Origin: Minisyncoccota bacterium
GTDB taxonomy: Bacteria; Patescibacteriota; Minisyncoccia; Phycocordibacterales; CALRHW01
NCBI GenBank assembly: GCA_046350795.1
Contig: JAXLZT010000001.1
Coordinates: 245,780-309,779, forward strand
Length of the DNA stretch: 64,000 bases
Direction: 5' to 3'
The translations under genes were made by a program, and so were the position numbers. Below, piece by piece: positions 18,290 through 28,546 of this stretch. The notes beneath the pieces are model-generated. The model made no database searches. It was given only the letters and a program-made list of their open reading frames with translations, and had not been told where the DNA came from. The stretch's first letter is position 1, and the number at the start of each line of letters is the position of its first letter.

Positions 18290-20596
18290 TTATACTCGTT
18301 CTGATGGCTCGTCTGTAGAAGTCTCATATCCTGTGGTTATTTCCTCCGTGTCATTATCATCACTACCAGAGTCGTCTGATGATGTGTTTGTGGCTGTATC
18401 TGCTCCTATGACATCTCTAGGTTTTGCTCCAGAGCCGGCACTTACCACACCTCGCTCTTCGAGCATATCTATAAGCCTAGCTGCTCTGGCATATCCCACA
18501 CGTAGTTTTCTTTGTAGAAATGAGGTAGATGCTTTGCCTGCGGAGACTACTATTTCTCTCGCTTCTTCGTATAATTCATCATCATCTTCGTTATCTCCTA
18601 TACTTGATTCAAATATGGCGTTTCTGTCGCCACTTTTTGCATCAAGGTCTATTCCTTGAGGTATTTCATCTTGGTATTGATCGGCTAGATACTTTACGAC
18701 ATTTTTTACTTCAGCTTCAGATATAAAAGCGGACTGTATACGCTGTGGCTTGGACATATCTCCAGACATGTACAACATATCTCCAGCACCAAGTAGTTTT
18801 TCTGCTCCGCTGGCGTCTAGAATGGTGCGAGAGTCTATTTGTGATGATACTTGCAGAGCAATACGGGCTGGCACATTGGCTTTGATTAGACCTGTAATGA
18901 CGTTTACTGATGGTCTTTGAGTGGATAGGATAAGATGTATACCAACAGCGCGACTCATCTGTGCTAAGCGAACAATAGCGCTTTCCAGCTCACGAGGGTA
19001 GGACTGCATAATATCGGCTAGTTCATCGATAATTATGATTATATATGGCATTGTTTCTGGCATTTTTGGATTACCGTCTGCATCTTTTGTGCTTTTGCCA
19101 CTGCGGATTTTTTCAAGTTCGGGCTGAAGTACGTTTTTGTGATACGAATCAATGTCCCGCACAGATTCTCCTTCAAGTATGTCATAGCGTCTATCCATCT
19201 CTTTCGCTGCCCATTTTAGAGCTAGTATAGCTTTTTTAGGGTCTGTAATAACTGGTGTAAGTAGGTGAGGGATTTTATTGTAAAGGGTAAGCTCGACACG
19301 CTTTGGATCGATCATTATAAATTTAAGTTGCTCTGGGGAATTGCGATAGAGGAGAGATGTAATAATGGCGTGAATTGTTACTGACTTTCCAGAGCCGGTG
19401 GCACCAGCGATGAGTAGGTGAGGCATTTTTGCTAGGTTTGCAAACTGTGATTTTCCTGAAATAACTTTTCCTAGGCCCACGAGTATTGGTTTGTCTGATT
19501 GTTGAAATTCTTCTGCAGAAAGGAGTGTGCCTAGACCCACAGTAGTCTTTGTACTGTTTGGTATCTCTATTCCTACTAGAGATTTACCTGGGATAGGAGC
19601 TTCTATGCGGATAGGGTGAGCCGCTAGAGCGAGAGCAAGATCATTTTGTAATGCCACTATACGAGACAGTTTTACACCCTCAGCCGGTTTGAGTGCGTAT
19701 CTGGTGACAGATGGACCGATAGATATTTCGTCCATTTCTACAACAATTCCAAAGTTTAAAAGGGTACGCTGGATGATGTTTGCATTTGCTTTTATATCAC
19801 CTACGCCTGGTTTACCCTTGTCTCTTTCAAGTATAGATAGTGGAGGGGGAATGAATTCTTTTCCTGTAGCTATATTGATCGGTTTAAAACCAAATTCGTT
19901 TTCTTTTTCTTCGCTCGCACCGAATATTTTTTTGATTGTGCTTGGCTCTTTCTTTTCTTCTATTGGCTTTGGTTGTTCAATTTCCTTTGAATCATTTTGT
20001 GCTATTTTTATCTCCGCCGGCTTCATTTCAGGCAAAGTTTCTTTTTCTAGTTCTTTTTTGCCAAAAAACTTTTTCCATAACATAGGTATAAAACGTATGC
20101 TTAGGGTGCTGTCGAATACTACAAATGTAGATATGAGAAATAGTGCACCGAGAGCTATATATGTAGTTGTGATCTCAAAGAGTTTTACTAGTGGAAATGA
20201 AATACCCCTACCAATGAGACCTCCTGCATTGTCTGGAAACATTAAGTCTATGATGCCAAGAGCTGAAAAAAACATCACTATCGAGCCGATGGTTTGTGTG
20301 AGGGCGAGGTTTTTCTTTAGTGACATCAATAGAGAAATGCCCAGTATAATGAGGGTGAGAGGAAGAAGGTAGTAGCCTATACCAAAAAGCATCTCCAGTA
20401 TCTTGTATGTAAATCCTCCTACCGGTCCTGCCTTGCTCACACCTGCATCATTATGCATTGCAGATAAGGCAAAAAAGATGGCCACCACAAAAAGACCTAT
20501 CGCATATATTGCCTGACGAGTCTCTTCTTTTAGATTTTTTAATGGGTTTAAATTTCGTTTTTCTTTTTCGTATTTTTTGGCCATATTTGTGCACAT
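18290..20596 (-). CDS. ftsK: DNA translocase FtsK/SpoIIIE
   Basis: It has N-terminal TM helices, Walker A GATGSGKSV and a C-terminal winged-helix gamma domain. Confidence 0.9.
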   Translation of the reverse strand: MCTNMAKKYEKEKRNLNPLKNLKEETRQAIYAIGLFVVAIFFALSAMHNDAGVSKAGPVGGFTYKILEMLFGIGYYLLPLTLIILGISLLMSLKKNLALTQTIGSIVMFFSALGIIDLMFPDNAGGLIGRGISFPLVKLFEITTTYIALGALFLISTFVVFDSTLSIRFIPMLWKKFFGKKELEKETLPEMKPAEIKIAQNDSKEIEQPKPIEEKKEPSTIKKIFGASEEKENEFGFKPINIATGKEFIPPPLSILERDKGKPGVGDIKANANIIQRTLLNFGIVVEMDEISIGPSVTRYALKPAEGVKLSRIVALQNDLALALAAHPIRIEAPIPGKSLVGIEIPNSTKTTVGLGTLLSAEEFQQSDKPILVGLGKVISGKSQFANLAKMPHLLIAGATGSGKSVTIHAIITSLLYRNSPEQLKFIMIDPKRVELTLYNKIPHLLTPVITDPKKAILALKWAAKEMDRRYDILEGESVRDIDSYHKNVLQPELEKIRSGKSTKDADGNPKMPETMPYIIIIIDELADIMQSYPRELESAIVRLAQMSRAVGIHLILSTQRPSVNVITGLIKANVPARIALQVSSQIDSRTILDASGAEKLLGAGDMLYMSGDMSKPQRIQSAFISEAEVKNVVKYLADQYQDEIPQGIDLDAKSGDRNAIFESSIGDNEDDDELYEEAREIVVSAGKASTSFLQRKLRVGYARAARLIDMLEERGVVSAGSGAKPRDVIGADTATNTSSDDSGSDDNDTEEITTGYETSTDEPSERV

Positions 20597-20759
20597 ATTT
20601 TAACACAGAAAGTCGTACACTTTTTTGTTTTTTTGAAAAAATAGCTGAGGATATTTTTTAGATAAAAAATTGCTTTACTTTTGTCTTTGACCAAACTATA
20701 ATGGACATGTTTAGGTTTCTAAGAAGTCCTTTTATATAAGACATTTAGTAAAGGACAAG

Positions 20760-21602
20760 TTGAATAAAATAAAAGACAAAAATATGGATGATAAAAAGGA
20801 CAAAAATCCTCACTTCCAGTCTTCTGAAGGTGATAAAAATAATCAAAAATCTGTTGTTGATACGGGATTTTTTAAACATCTTGGTACATCAGACACAAAC
20901 TTTATATTTCAGTACAAAAAGACAGAAAAAATATTGGCCGCACTGTATTTAGTTACCAATTTTTTGTCTGTTCAGGAGCCACTTCGGTGGGGTATTCGTG
21001 AGATAGGGCTCAATCTTTTGTCTGATGTTATGTCCTTAAAAAGTGCTTTACCATCACAAAAAGAAGAGTTGTGTGTATCAATAAAATCTTCTGTTTTTGA
21101 GATAATTTCATTGCTTGAAATAGCGCATCTTGCCGGTTTCATTTCTGGTATGAATTTTGATATTCTCAAGAGGGAATTTGTGCTTCTGCTTGATTCAGTT
21201 TCAAATACAAAACAATCACTAGAGTCATTTATTTTGCCAAACAACTTCTTTGCAGATGATCTTTTAGATCAGACTTTGGATGTAAAAAATATTCAACACA
21301 TTTTTGAATCAAAAAACATAAAAGACAAAAATAAATCTTATATAAACACTTCAAATACAAAAGGACAAATCAATAAAAAGTCAGTTGGTGAAATGGGTAG
21401 GGTTGAGGTAAAAAAGACCAATCGCCAAGAGATAATCATAGGTCTACTGAAGAATAAAAAAGAGATCATGATAAAGGACGTTTCTGCCGTTGTTAGTGAT
21501 TGTAGTGAAAAAACTCTCCAAAGGGAGCTGTTGTATATGGTATCTCAGGGAATACTAAAAAAAGAGGGTGAAAGACGTTGGAGTAAGTACTCTTTGGCTT
21601 AG
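20760..21602 (+). CDS. hypothetical protein with a C-terminal winged-helix-like segment
   Basis: A 280-aa ORF with K/N-rich regions. The C-terminal LQRELLYMVSQGILKKEGERRWSKY segment is wHTH-like. Confidence 0.4.
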   Translation: MNKIKDKNMDDKKDKNPHFQSSEGDKNNQKSVVDTGFFKHLGTSDTNFIFQYKKTEKILAALYLVTNFLSVQEPLRWGIREIGLNLLSDVMSLKSALPSQKEELCVSIKSSVFEIISLLEIAHLAGFISGMNFDILKREFVLLLDSVSNTKQSLESFILPNNFFADDLLDQTLDVKNIQHIFESKNIKDKNKSYINTSNTKGQINKKSVGEMGRVEVKKTNRQEIIIGLLKNKKEIMIKDVSAVVSDCSEKTLQRELLYMVSQGILKKEGERRWSKYSLA

Positions 21603-21995
21603 GGCGTAATTTAGGTTGCTTTTTGTCATATTTTGCTATAGGATAGCCTGGTTAGCTTTGTCTCTGGGGTAGTTATCCCCAGACGTTATTTTGCAGGTTA
21701 TTCTGGGAAAGGGTATATTTATCCTATATACGTAAAACGTATATTCCTGGCTGTAAGAATAGGCAGTATTTCACGTCTGATACAGGAGAGACTGACAAGG
21801 CTCTGTTCGTTGACAATTTAATACGCAAATCACAAGTTTTTTACCGCAAGACTTTTTCCGTATATGGATGATTATATACAGACAAGCAGACCCAATCTCA
21901 ATAACTAACCCGTTATCCTGTGTCGGTTTACCTCTGAGTCTACTAGTTGGACAAGGAGAGTAAATTAGGGTTTCGGTTAGTGGAATGTGCGCAAA

Positions 21996-22023
21996 GTAAA
22001 CATTTAGGCAACTAAATGTTTAC
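21996..22023 (+). promoter_or_regulatory. perfect 11-bp inverted repeat GTAAACATTTA-N6-TAAATGTTTAC (candidate operator) upstream of the surface-protein gene
   Basis: The palindrome is ~110 nt upstream of the 22130 start, adjacent to a TTGAAA -35-like hexamer. Confidence 0.4.
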
Positions 22024-22129
22024 AAACATTTTTATTGAAAAACGTCGAACGAATTTCAATAAAAGTGTCGTGAGAAAACATTATAAAAAATTTTTCTTTT
22101 CCAAATATTATTAATAAAACGGAAAAGAA

Positions 22130-24169
22130 TTGTTCAATTATTACAAAAATATATTTATGATTTTGAAAACATCAAAAACTGCAAAGATTGTTGCAGGAGT
22201 TGTAGGATTCGCAATGGTTTTGAGTTTCATGGTGGCAACACCTGTGAAAGCTCAGACTACTGACATCGCAGCTCTTCAGGCAATGATTGCTTCATTGACA
22301 GCACAAATTGCAGCATTATCAGGCGGTTCATCTTCAATGATGACAGGTTCAGCTCCTATGGCTCCTCTTACAATGGGAAGCTCAGGCGCTGAGGTTACAA
22401 AGCTACAAAACTTCCTTATCTCAAAAGGATTTGGAATTGCAGCTGGTGCAACTGGCTACTTCGGTGGACAGACACAATCAGCTCTTGCAGCTTTCCAAGC
22501 AGCAAACGGAGTTACTCCAGCTGCTGGATACTACGGCTCAGTCACAGCAGCTAAGGTTGCTATGATGATGGGTCCTTCAACACCAAGTACACCTTCAACA
22601 CCTTCTACTCCAGCAGGTTCTGCTGATCTAGAAGGAACTGATGGTTCTATCTCAGATGTAGCTACACTTTCACAATACTCAAACGAGGAGGTGGGAGATG
22701 GTGAGTCTGAAGTAAAAGTAGCTGGTTTTGAAGTTGAAGCTTCAAAGGATGGAGACGTTGCTTTGAAGTCTATGAAACTTCATTTCGTTGGAACATCAAA
22801 CAGTGGTTCAAAAAGACTTGATGACTATGTCGATACTGTAAAGGTATGGATGGGATCAGAAGAGATTGGATCAGCTGATGCTTCAGATTTCAACAAAGAC
22901 AGCTCAGGAGTATACACAAAAACTATTACTCTAAAGTCTGGCGTTGTTGTAAAGGCTGACGAAACAGAGAAGTTCTACATTACTGTAGATGCAGTATCAA
23001 ATCTTGATTCAAGTGATGTATCTGGTGATGCATGGACAGTGGATGTTGATAACATTCGATTCACAGACGGTTCAGGTGTAACAACAACTGATGTCGATAC
23101 TGGTGATATCAATGCTATGAACATATCTATGAACTTCGTTACTTTCTCAGCTTCAGCTGATACAGAACTAAAGTTCACAACTGACTCATCAAACAATCCA
23201 GAAGCTGGTGTTGTTATGATTGATGATACTGAGGATACAGACGGAGTTGAGCTTTTGGCTGGTAAGATTGAAGTTGAAGGAACATCAGATGTGTGGATTG
23301 ACTCTATTCCTTTCGTGTTCACAACAACTTCAGACAGTCTTTCTGCGGTTGCTGGATCTGTAACACTTACTATAGATGGTGAGGAGTTCACAGAGAGTGT
23401 AAACACTTCAAACTGTTTGCCTGCAGCTGGTGGAACAAGTTGTGCAAGTACACAAAATGCTTCTATTGCATTCGACAATCTTGACTTCACTATTGGTGCT
23501 GGAGACACTGTATCATTTACAGTTTCTGCTGATATCAATGACATCAATGATTCTGGCGCAACAGCTACTGATCTTGATGAGGGAGACACACTTACAGCTT
23601 CTATGAACGCTACAACTCGAGGTGCTGTAGATGCAGAGAACGAAGAGGGTGATCAGTTGAGTTCTTCAGAGAGATCTGGAACAGTTACTGGTAATGCTCA
23701 AGAGTTCCGAACAAGTGGTATAACAGTAGATCTAGTTGGTACTCCAACTGCAACTGCAACTATTGGACAGAGCAATAACGATGATATCGGATTGTTCACA
23801 ATCAAGTTCAAGGTAACAGCTGTAGGAGATACTATTTACGTAGCTTCTGCTGTATCAAACGGTGTTACTTACTCTGTAGACAAGGGAGGAACAGCTACAT
23901 CTGCACCTACAATATCAGCTGCTCTTGTAAACAATTCTGACACAGATCTTACTTCAACTTATGGTCTATGGGAGATCGAAGAGGGTCAGAGCGAGACAAT
24001 GACATTGTCAGTGAGTGTGCCTATGGGTGGTCAATCTGGTAATGCTGGTTTGTACCGAACAGCTCTAACAGGAGTAAAGTGGGGTACAGCTTCAGATGAC
24101 GTAACTCCAAACAACACATACACTTCAAACCTTGACACATTTAAGACTGATTACGTCACTCTTAACTAA
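22130..24169 (+). CDS. secreted cell-surface protein with a peptidoglycan-binding domain and a long S/T/D-rich region
   Basis: It has a signal peptide, a PG_binding_1-like segment (TKLQNFLISKGF...GGQTQSALAAFQAANGV), an STPSTPSTPSTP linker and about 480 aa of low-complexity beta-rich sequence. The real start is probably the MILKTSKT Met. Confidence 0.6.
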   Translation: MFNYYKNIFMILKTSKTAKIVAGVVGFAMVLSFMVATPVKAQTTDIAALQAMIASLTAQIAALSGGSSSMMTGSAPMAPLTMGSSGAEVTKLQNFLISKGFGIAAGATGYFGGQTQSALAAFQAANGVTPAAGYYGSVTAAKVAMMMGPSTPSTPSTPSTPAGSADLEGTDGSISDVATLSQYSNEEVGDGESEVKVAGFEVEASKDGDVALKSMKLHFVGTSNSGSKRLDDYVDTVKVWMGSEEIGSADASDFNKDSSGVYTKTITLKSGVVVKADETEKFYITVDAVSNLDSSDVSGDAWTVDVDNIRFTDGSGVTTTDVDTGDINAMNISMNFVTFSASADTELKFTTDSSNNPEAGVVMIDDTEDTDGVELLAGKIEVEGTSDVWIDSIPFVFTTTSDSLSAVAGSVTLTIDGEEFTESVNTSNCLPAAGGTSCASTQNASIAFDNLDFTIGAGDTVSFTVSADINDINDSGATATDLDEGDTLTASMNATTRGAVDAENEEGDQLSSSERSGTVTGNAQEFRTSGITVDLVGTPTATATIGQSNNDDIGLFTIKFKVTAVGDTIYVASAVSNGVTYSVDKGGTATSAPTISAALVNNSDTDLTSTYGLWEIEEGQSETMTLSVSVPMGGQSGNAGLYRTALTGVKWGTASDDVTPNNTYTSNLDTFKTDYVTLN

Positions 24170-24215
24170 TCTTGGTTCTATAGTGTGATTCAGTAGCGCA
24201 AGCTATTTGAAAAAC

Positions 24216-24248
24216 AAAAACCGTCCTTAATTGGGCGGTTTTTGTTTT
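24216..24248 (+). terminator. intrinsic terminator after the surface-protein gene
   Basis: AAAAACCGTCC-TTAATT-GGGCGGTTTTTGTTTT hairpin plus T-run. Confidence 0.7.
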
Positions 24249-24285
24249 GCTTGAAAAAGTGATCTTTTTAATATAGTGTTGATAT

Positions 24286-26280
24286 ATGAATATTTCAACA
24301 AACAGCTGGATTGATAGAGTTTTTAATTCAATTTTTTACATATTTTTTATATCTTTTCCTTTCGTTACTACAAAGTATTTTTTGTATAGCGGTACATCTG
24401 TTAGATCGGCTTTTCTTATTTTAATTTCTATAATACTGTCTATTGTTTTCTGTCTTTCTGTTTTGATGAAAAAGACACAAGTCTCGATACCAAAATCTCC
24501 AATTTTTCTAGCTCTGTGTCTGTATTTTTTATCAATTGTTGTTTCTGCATTTTTGGGATTTAGTCTGCATACATCTTTTTGGTCTGTGCTTACCAGAACA
24601 TCTGGTCTGTGGTATTTTTTGCATCTAGGTTTGTTTCTATATTTTTTGTGGATATTTTTGTTGGATAAAGTTAGGCACGAGAAATTGATTTTACTTACAG
24701 TCATTTCTTCCGCTATTTTTTCCGTTCTGTCTTTTTTAGGTCCAGAAGGTTTGGGCTTAATCTTTAATGGATACAAGAACGATGGTTTTACTATCGGCAA
24801 TTCTTCTTTTGCTGGGATGTATATATTTGCCTCTTTTATTTTATCTGTTTATTATCTTTTGCGAGCAGAAAAAAAGAAGTGGTGGATGTTTTGTCTGCCG
24901 GTTCTTTTGGTTATAAATCCATACGTTTTAAATAACAATGTTTGGTCTGGTAATTTTTCTTCATTTTTTGGTGAGGCTAGAATGTCTACCATATCAATAA
25001 TTCTATCTGTGTTCTTTCTGCTTTTATCTTGGTTTTTATTTAAAATTAAAAATCATAAAACTCTAAAAATAGTTTCTTATACTTCTTTTGTTGTGTTGAT
25101 TGTCGGTTTTTTTGTCTGCGCACACTCCCTTCTTACTAATGATGGTTTTTTGCGAAAGGAGTATTTGTCTCAGGCTACGCTGGCAAGACCGATAGTTTGG
25201 GATATATCTGCAAGATCGATAATGAAAAATCCCATTCTTGGAACTGGCCTAGACAATTTTGATAGAGTTTTTCAGATTCAATATGACAACCGTTTACTAC
25301 AAACAAAGTATGGTTCAGAACCATGGTTTGATAGAGCGCATAACATTATATTGGAACAGGCTGTAGACAACGGCATTCTCGGGCTCTCTCTGTATCTACT
25401 GATCTATTTTGTCATTCTTCTATCTCTCATTTATGTATTTTTAAATACAAAAGATAGAAAGGACAAGATTTTTTCTGTTGTACTTTTTGTTTATTTTGTA
25501 TGTCATTTATCAGAGCTTCAAACAGCGTTCGACACAACGATTTCTTATCCGATACTTGGTTTTATGTTTGTTTCTGCTGTAGTGCTTTATGGAAGAACTA
25601 GAAAAGAAATTTTGCAAAAGAAAGAAGAGATTGTCTTATCCAACACACTTAAATATTCTACACTTTTTGTAATATTTGTATTTTGTTTCTGGTCTTTCTT
25701 TTGGGGTTTGGTACCTTTTGTGAGAGCGCAAAATATAAATGGGTACATCAGAACAATTGGATCAGCAGAAAAGAGAATCCCTGTGTACGAAACTCTTTTT
25801 AGCTCAGAAGTAGATGAACATGCCTTTTTGTGGAGAACGATGACTGATTTTCAAAGAGGAATTTCAGAAAATCCAAAAATATTATCAGACTCAAAAAGAC
25901 TAGAATATTTAAAGACTGAAGCTGATATTTTTGAAAATGAATATAGGCGGTTTGTATCAGAAAACCCTAATCACTTTAGAGCTAAATTAAATTTTGCTGA
26001 TATTCTCATTTACCAAACTCTTTTTGGTAAAAACAAATTAGAAGAAGCACAAAAAGTGCTTGATGAAGCTATTGCTTTGGTACCAAATAGCCCTCAACCA
26101 TATTGGATGAAGGCCGTTGGTTATCTTTATATGAAAAAGTTTGATCTAGCAAAACAAAATGCTAAAAAGGGTTTTGATTTAAATCCTGATGTAGAAGAAA
26201 GTCAGCATGTAGTGAAATACATTGAAGAGTCAATAAAGACTTTTCCAGAAATAGATTTATTCTTCTTTAGATTAATATAG
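24286..26280 (+). CDS. O-antigen ligase-like (Wzy_C) polytopic membrane protein with C-terminal TPR repeats
   Basis: It has about 10 TM helices and C-terminal TPR-like repeats. This architecture is common in Parcubacteria. Confidence 0.6.
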   Translation: MNISTNSWIDRVFNSIFYIFFISFPFVTTKYFLYSGTSVRSAFLILISIILSIVFCLSVLMKKTQVSIPKSPIFLALCLYFLSIVVSAFLGFSLHTSFWSVLTRTSGLWYFLHLGLFLYFLWIFLLDKVRHEKLILLTVISSAIFSVLSFLGPEGLGLIFNGYKNDGFTIGNSSFAGMYIFASFILSVYYLLRAEKKKWWMFCLPVLLVINPYVLNNNVWSGNFSSFFGEARMSTISIILSVFFLLLSWFLFKIKNHKTLKIVSYTSFVVLIVGFFVCAHSLLTNDGFLRKEYLSQATLARPIVWDISARSIMKNPILGTGLDNFDRVFQIQYDNRLLQTKYGSEPWFDRAHNIILEQAVDNGILGLSLYLLIYFVILLSLIYVFLNTKDRKDKIFSVVLFVYFVCHLSELQTAFDTTISYPILGFMFVSAVVLYGRTRKEILQKKEEIVLSNTLKYSTLFVIFVFCFWSFFWGLVPFVRAQNINGYIRTIGSAEKRIPVYETLFSSEVDEHAFLWRTMTDFQRGISENPKILSDSKRLEYLKTEADIFENEYRRFVSENPNHFRAKLNFADILIYQTLFGKNKLEEAQKVLDEAIALVPNSPQPYWMKAVGYLYMKKFDLAKQNAKKGFDLNPDVEESQHVVKYIEESIKTFPEIDLFFFRLI

Positions 26281-26286
26281 ATTAAT

Positions 26287-26490
26287 ATGAAAAAATATTT
26301 CGATAAAACATTTTTCAGATTTCTGATCGGTTTTATTGTCATTCTTGTCATTAGTTTTTCTATTACTTTTATTGCTATATATTTTGAAAGAAAAAATCAG
26401 GCACAAAATACCGTCGATGACTCGGTGTCTCAGGCAAGTACCATAGAATTTGCTTCTGACGATGAATGTTTGACAATGGGAAATTGTTAG
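26287..26490 (+). CDS. small hypothetical membrane protein
   Basis: 67 aa with a single TM helix. It overlaps an alternative - strand ORF. Confidence 0.25.
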   Translation: MKKYFDKTFFRFLIGFIVILVISFSITFIAIYFERKNQAQNTVDDSVSQASTIEFASDDECLTMGNC

Positions 26491-26625
26491 GTATACTACG
26501 ATGCATAAGGTCAAAGACAATAGGCAATCAATAAGCCCTATCGAGACGTAACGAAAGCGCTTTGCGTTTTCATCACTATTCTCGGCCTTGTGGTCGATTT
26601 TTTATTTATCAATCTGTAAACATAA

Positions 26626-26728
26626 AGAGTAATCATACTTTAAAATGCCTCGCGCAGGCACGTCGGTGCCGAGCGGAGCAGAAATCCTAGCAAGGATTTA
26701 CGCGTGCAGTTTAAAGTATGATTACTCT
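26626..26728 (-). repeat. family-B structured repeat element, copy B2
   Basis: The reverse complement gives ...GCACGCGTAAATCCTTGCTAGGATTTCTGCTCCGCTCGGCACCGACGTGCCTGCGCGAG... flanked by AGAGTAATCATACTTTAAA/TTTAAAGTATGATTACTCT. It lies in the rplJ leader region. Confidence 0.8.
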
Positions 26729-26735
26729 GTGACAC

Positions 26736-27224
26736 ATGGCTATATCAAAAGAAAAAAAGAAAGGAATTCTAGAAAATCTTAATACGATCGTAAAGGATTC
26801 CGGCTCTGTTGTTTTCGTTAATTTTCATGGGCTTCCTATGAATGACACTACTGAGCTAAGAAAAGCACTTCATGCACAAGAAGTAGGGTATACAGTCGCA
26901 AAAAAGACTCTTACTCGAAAGGCTTTTGAAGGAGTAAAAATAGAAGGAGAAATGCCAGAGCTTACAGGTGAGCTAGCTCTAGTGTATGGCAAAGATATGA
27001 TTGCACCTGCGCGTGAAATATATGCTTTCCAGAAAAAGCTTGATGGTAAAGTAACAATCCTTGGTGGAGTATTTGAGGGAAAATACATGGACAAAACTGC
27101 GATGATGACTATCGCGCAGATCCCATCTCTACAGACTCTACGTGGAATGTTCGTCAATATCATCAATTCACCTATACAGCGTCTCGCAGTTTCTTTGTCA
27201 CAAATAGCTGCAAAGAAAGCTTAA
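26736..27224 (+). CDS. rplJ: 50S ribosomal protein L10
   Basis: It has L10 sequence and lies upstream of rplL. Confidence 0.85.
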   Translation: MAISKEKKKGILENLNTIVKDSGSVVFVNFHGLPMNDTTELRKALHAQEVGYTVAKKTLTRKAFEGVKIEGEMPELTGELALVYGKDMIAPAREIYAFQKKLDGKVTILGGVFEGKYMDKTAMMTIAQIPSLQTLRGMFVNIINSPIQRLAVSLSQIAAKKA

Positions 27225-27250
27225 TTAAAAATTATTAAAAATTATAAAAT

Positions 27251-27643
27251 ATGGAAAATACAAACGTAGAAGTTCCTGCAAAATTCAAGTCTATCGTAGA
27301 AAGTATTGAAAATATGTCAGTACTTGATTTGCACGAGCTAGTAAAATTGTTTGAGGCAAAGTTTGGGGTATCTGCGGCTGCTGTCGCTGCTCCTGCTGCT
27401 GGTGGTGCTGCTGGCGCTGGTGCAGAAGAGAAGACTTCATTTACAGCGCACTTAGCTGATGCAGGTGCTCAGAAAATCGCTGTCATCAAGGTTGTAAAGG
27501 AAGTATTGGGTCTTGGTCTAAAAGAGGCAAAGGATCTAGTAGATGCTGCTCCTTCTGTGCTTAAGGAAGGAATGAAGAAAGAAGACGCAGAGAAACTAAA
27601 GAAAGACGTAGAAGCTGCTGGAGGAAAGGTAGAATTGAAATAG
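27251..27643 (+). CDS. rplL: 50S ribosomal protein L7/L12
   Basis: It has an Ala-rich hinge and the C-terminal domain KEAKDLVD...[10 protein letters not shown]. Confidence 0.9.
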   Translation: MENTNVEVPAKFKSIVESIENMSVLDLHELVKLFEAKFGVSAAAVAAPAAGGAAGAGAEEKTSFTAHLADAGAQKIAVIKVVKEVLGLGLKEAKDLVDAAPSVLKEGMKKEDAEKLKKDVEAAGGKVELK

Positions 27644-27651
27644 TTAAACAA

Positions 27652-27750
27652 AACAAAAAGTACTCAAAAAGGGGGTCGCGAGGCTGTCGAGCCGAGCGTT
27701 TCAGGATTTTTTAAGCTTCAAAAAATCCGTACCCTTTTTGAGTACTTTTT
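27652..27750 (+). repeat. family-A structured repeat element, copy A2
   Basis: The same core with a compensatory GGC...GCC to GGA...TCC change. The flanking inverted repeat is AAAAAGTACTCAAAAAG/CTTTTTGAGTACTTTTT. It lies downstream of rplL. Confidence 0.8.
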
Positions 27751-27801
27751 GTTTGCTTTAGGTGTTTTTGTTTTGTTTCCTATGGTATATACTTATCCAT
27801 C

Positions 27802-28422
27802 ATGGATATTTTAGAGAAAGTCTTTGGAAGTGGGGAAAAGGTCAGGCTTATGCGACTTTTCATGTTTAATCCAAACTCAGTTTTTGATTTAAACGATATC
27901 GCAGAAAGGACAGATACAAACCCGCGCTCTATAAAAAAAGAAATAATTAACCTAGAGAAAATTGAGCTTATAAAAAGTAAGGTTTTTGTACGTGACATAG
28001 AGAAAAAGCGGGGTAAAAAGAAATTTACTATAAAGAAAAAGTCTTCTGGCTGGACATTAAATCAAAAATTTCAGTATTTGCGACCACTGCAAGATTTTTT
28101 AGTCTATATGAACCCATTTCGTCACAACGAACTAATAGAAAAGCTCAGGAAAATAGGAAATATAAAGCTTCTGGTTATTTCTGGGGTATTTATACAAGAG
28201 TGGGAGAGTCGGGTAGACCTTTTTCTGGTTGGAGACAATATAAAAAAGGGTTCTTTGGATAATGTTATACGTGGCTTGGAGTCTGAGCTCGGAAAAGAGC
28301 TTAAATATGCTGCTTTAGAGACAGGCGATTTTCATTATAGGCTCAATATGTGTGACAAACTCATCAGTGATGTATTAGATTTTCCGCACGAAAAGGTCAT
28401 AAATAAGATAGGGATTGAATAA
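27802..28422 (+). CDS. hypothetical protein with an N-terminal wHTH-like segment
   Basis: 206 aa with a helix-turn-helix-like N-terminus. Confidence 0.4.
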   Translation: MDILEKVFGSGEKVRLMRLFMFNPNSVFDLNDIAERTDTNPRSIKKEIINLEKIELIKSKVFVRDIEKKRGKKKFTIKKKSSGWTLNQKFQYLRPLQDFLVYMNPFRHNELIEKLRKIGNIKLLVISGVFIQEWESRVDLFLVGDNIKKGSLDNVIRGLESELGKELKYAALETGDFHYRLNMCDKLISDVLDFPHEKVINKIGIE

Positions 28423-28546
28423 AATTGGTTATCCACAGCTAAATCTGGCAAAAGTTGGCTCTATGTCAATGCGTGTTATAATTTATAAGGACATTAAAAG
28501 GTCTTTTATTATTAATTATTAAAAGTAATGCATTGCGTGATGCGTA

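Noticed and set aside
17392-20372. Plus-strand ORFs antisense to recA and ftsK (17392-17940, 19689-20372, 18333-18659)
   Set aside because: They run antisense to strongly conserved genes and have low-complexity Ser/Pro-rich products, so they are artefacts.
26272-26520. 82-aa minus-strand ORF overlapping the small + strand membrane ORF
   Set aside because: The two are mutually exclusive. The + strand ORF has a plausible TM helix and a start right after the upstream gene. Neither is strongly supported.
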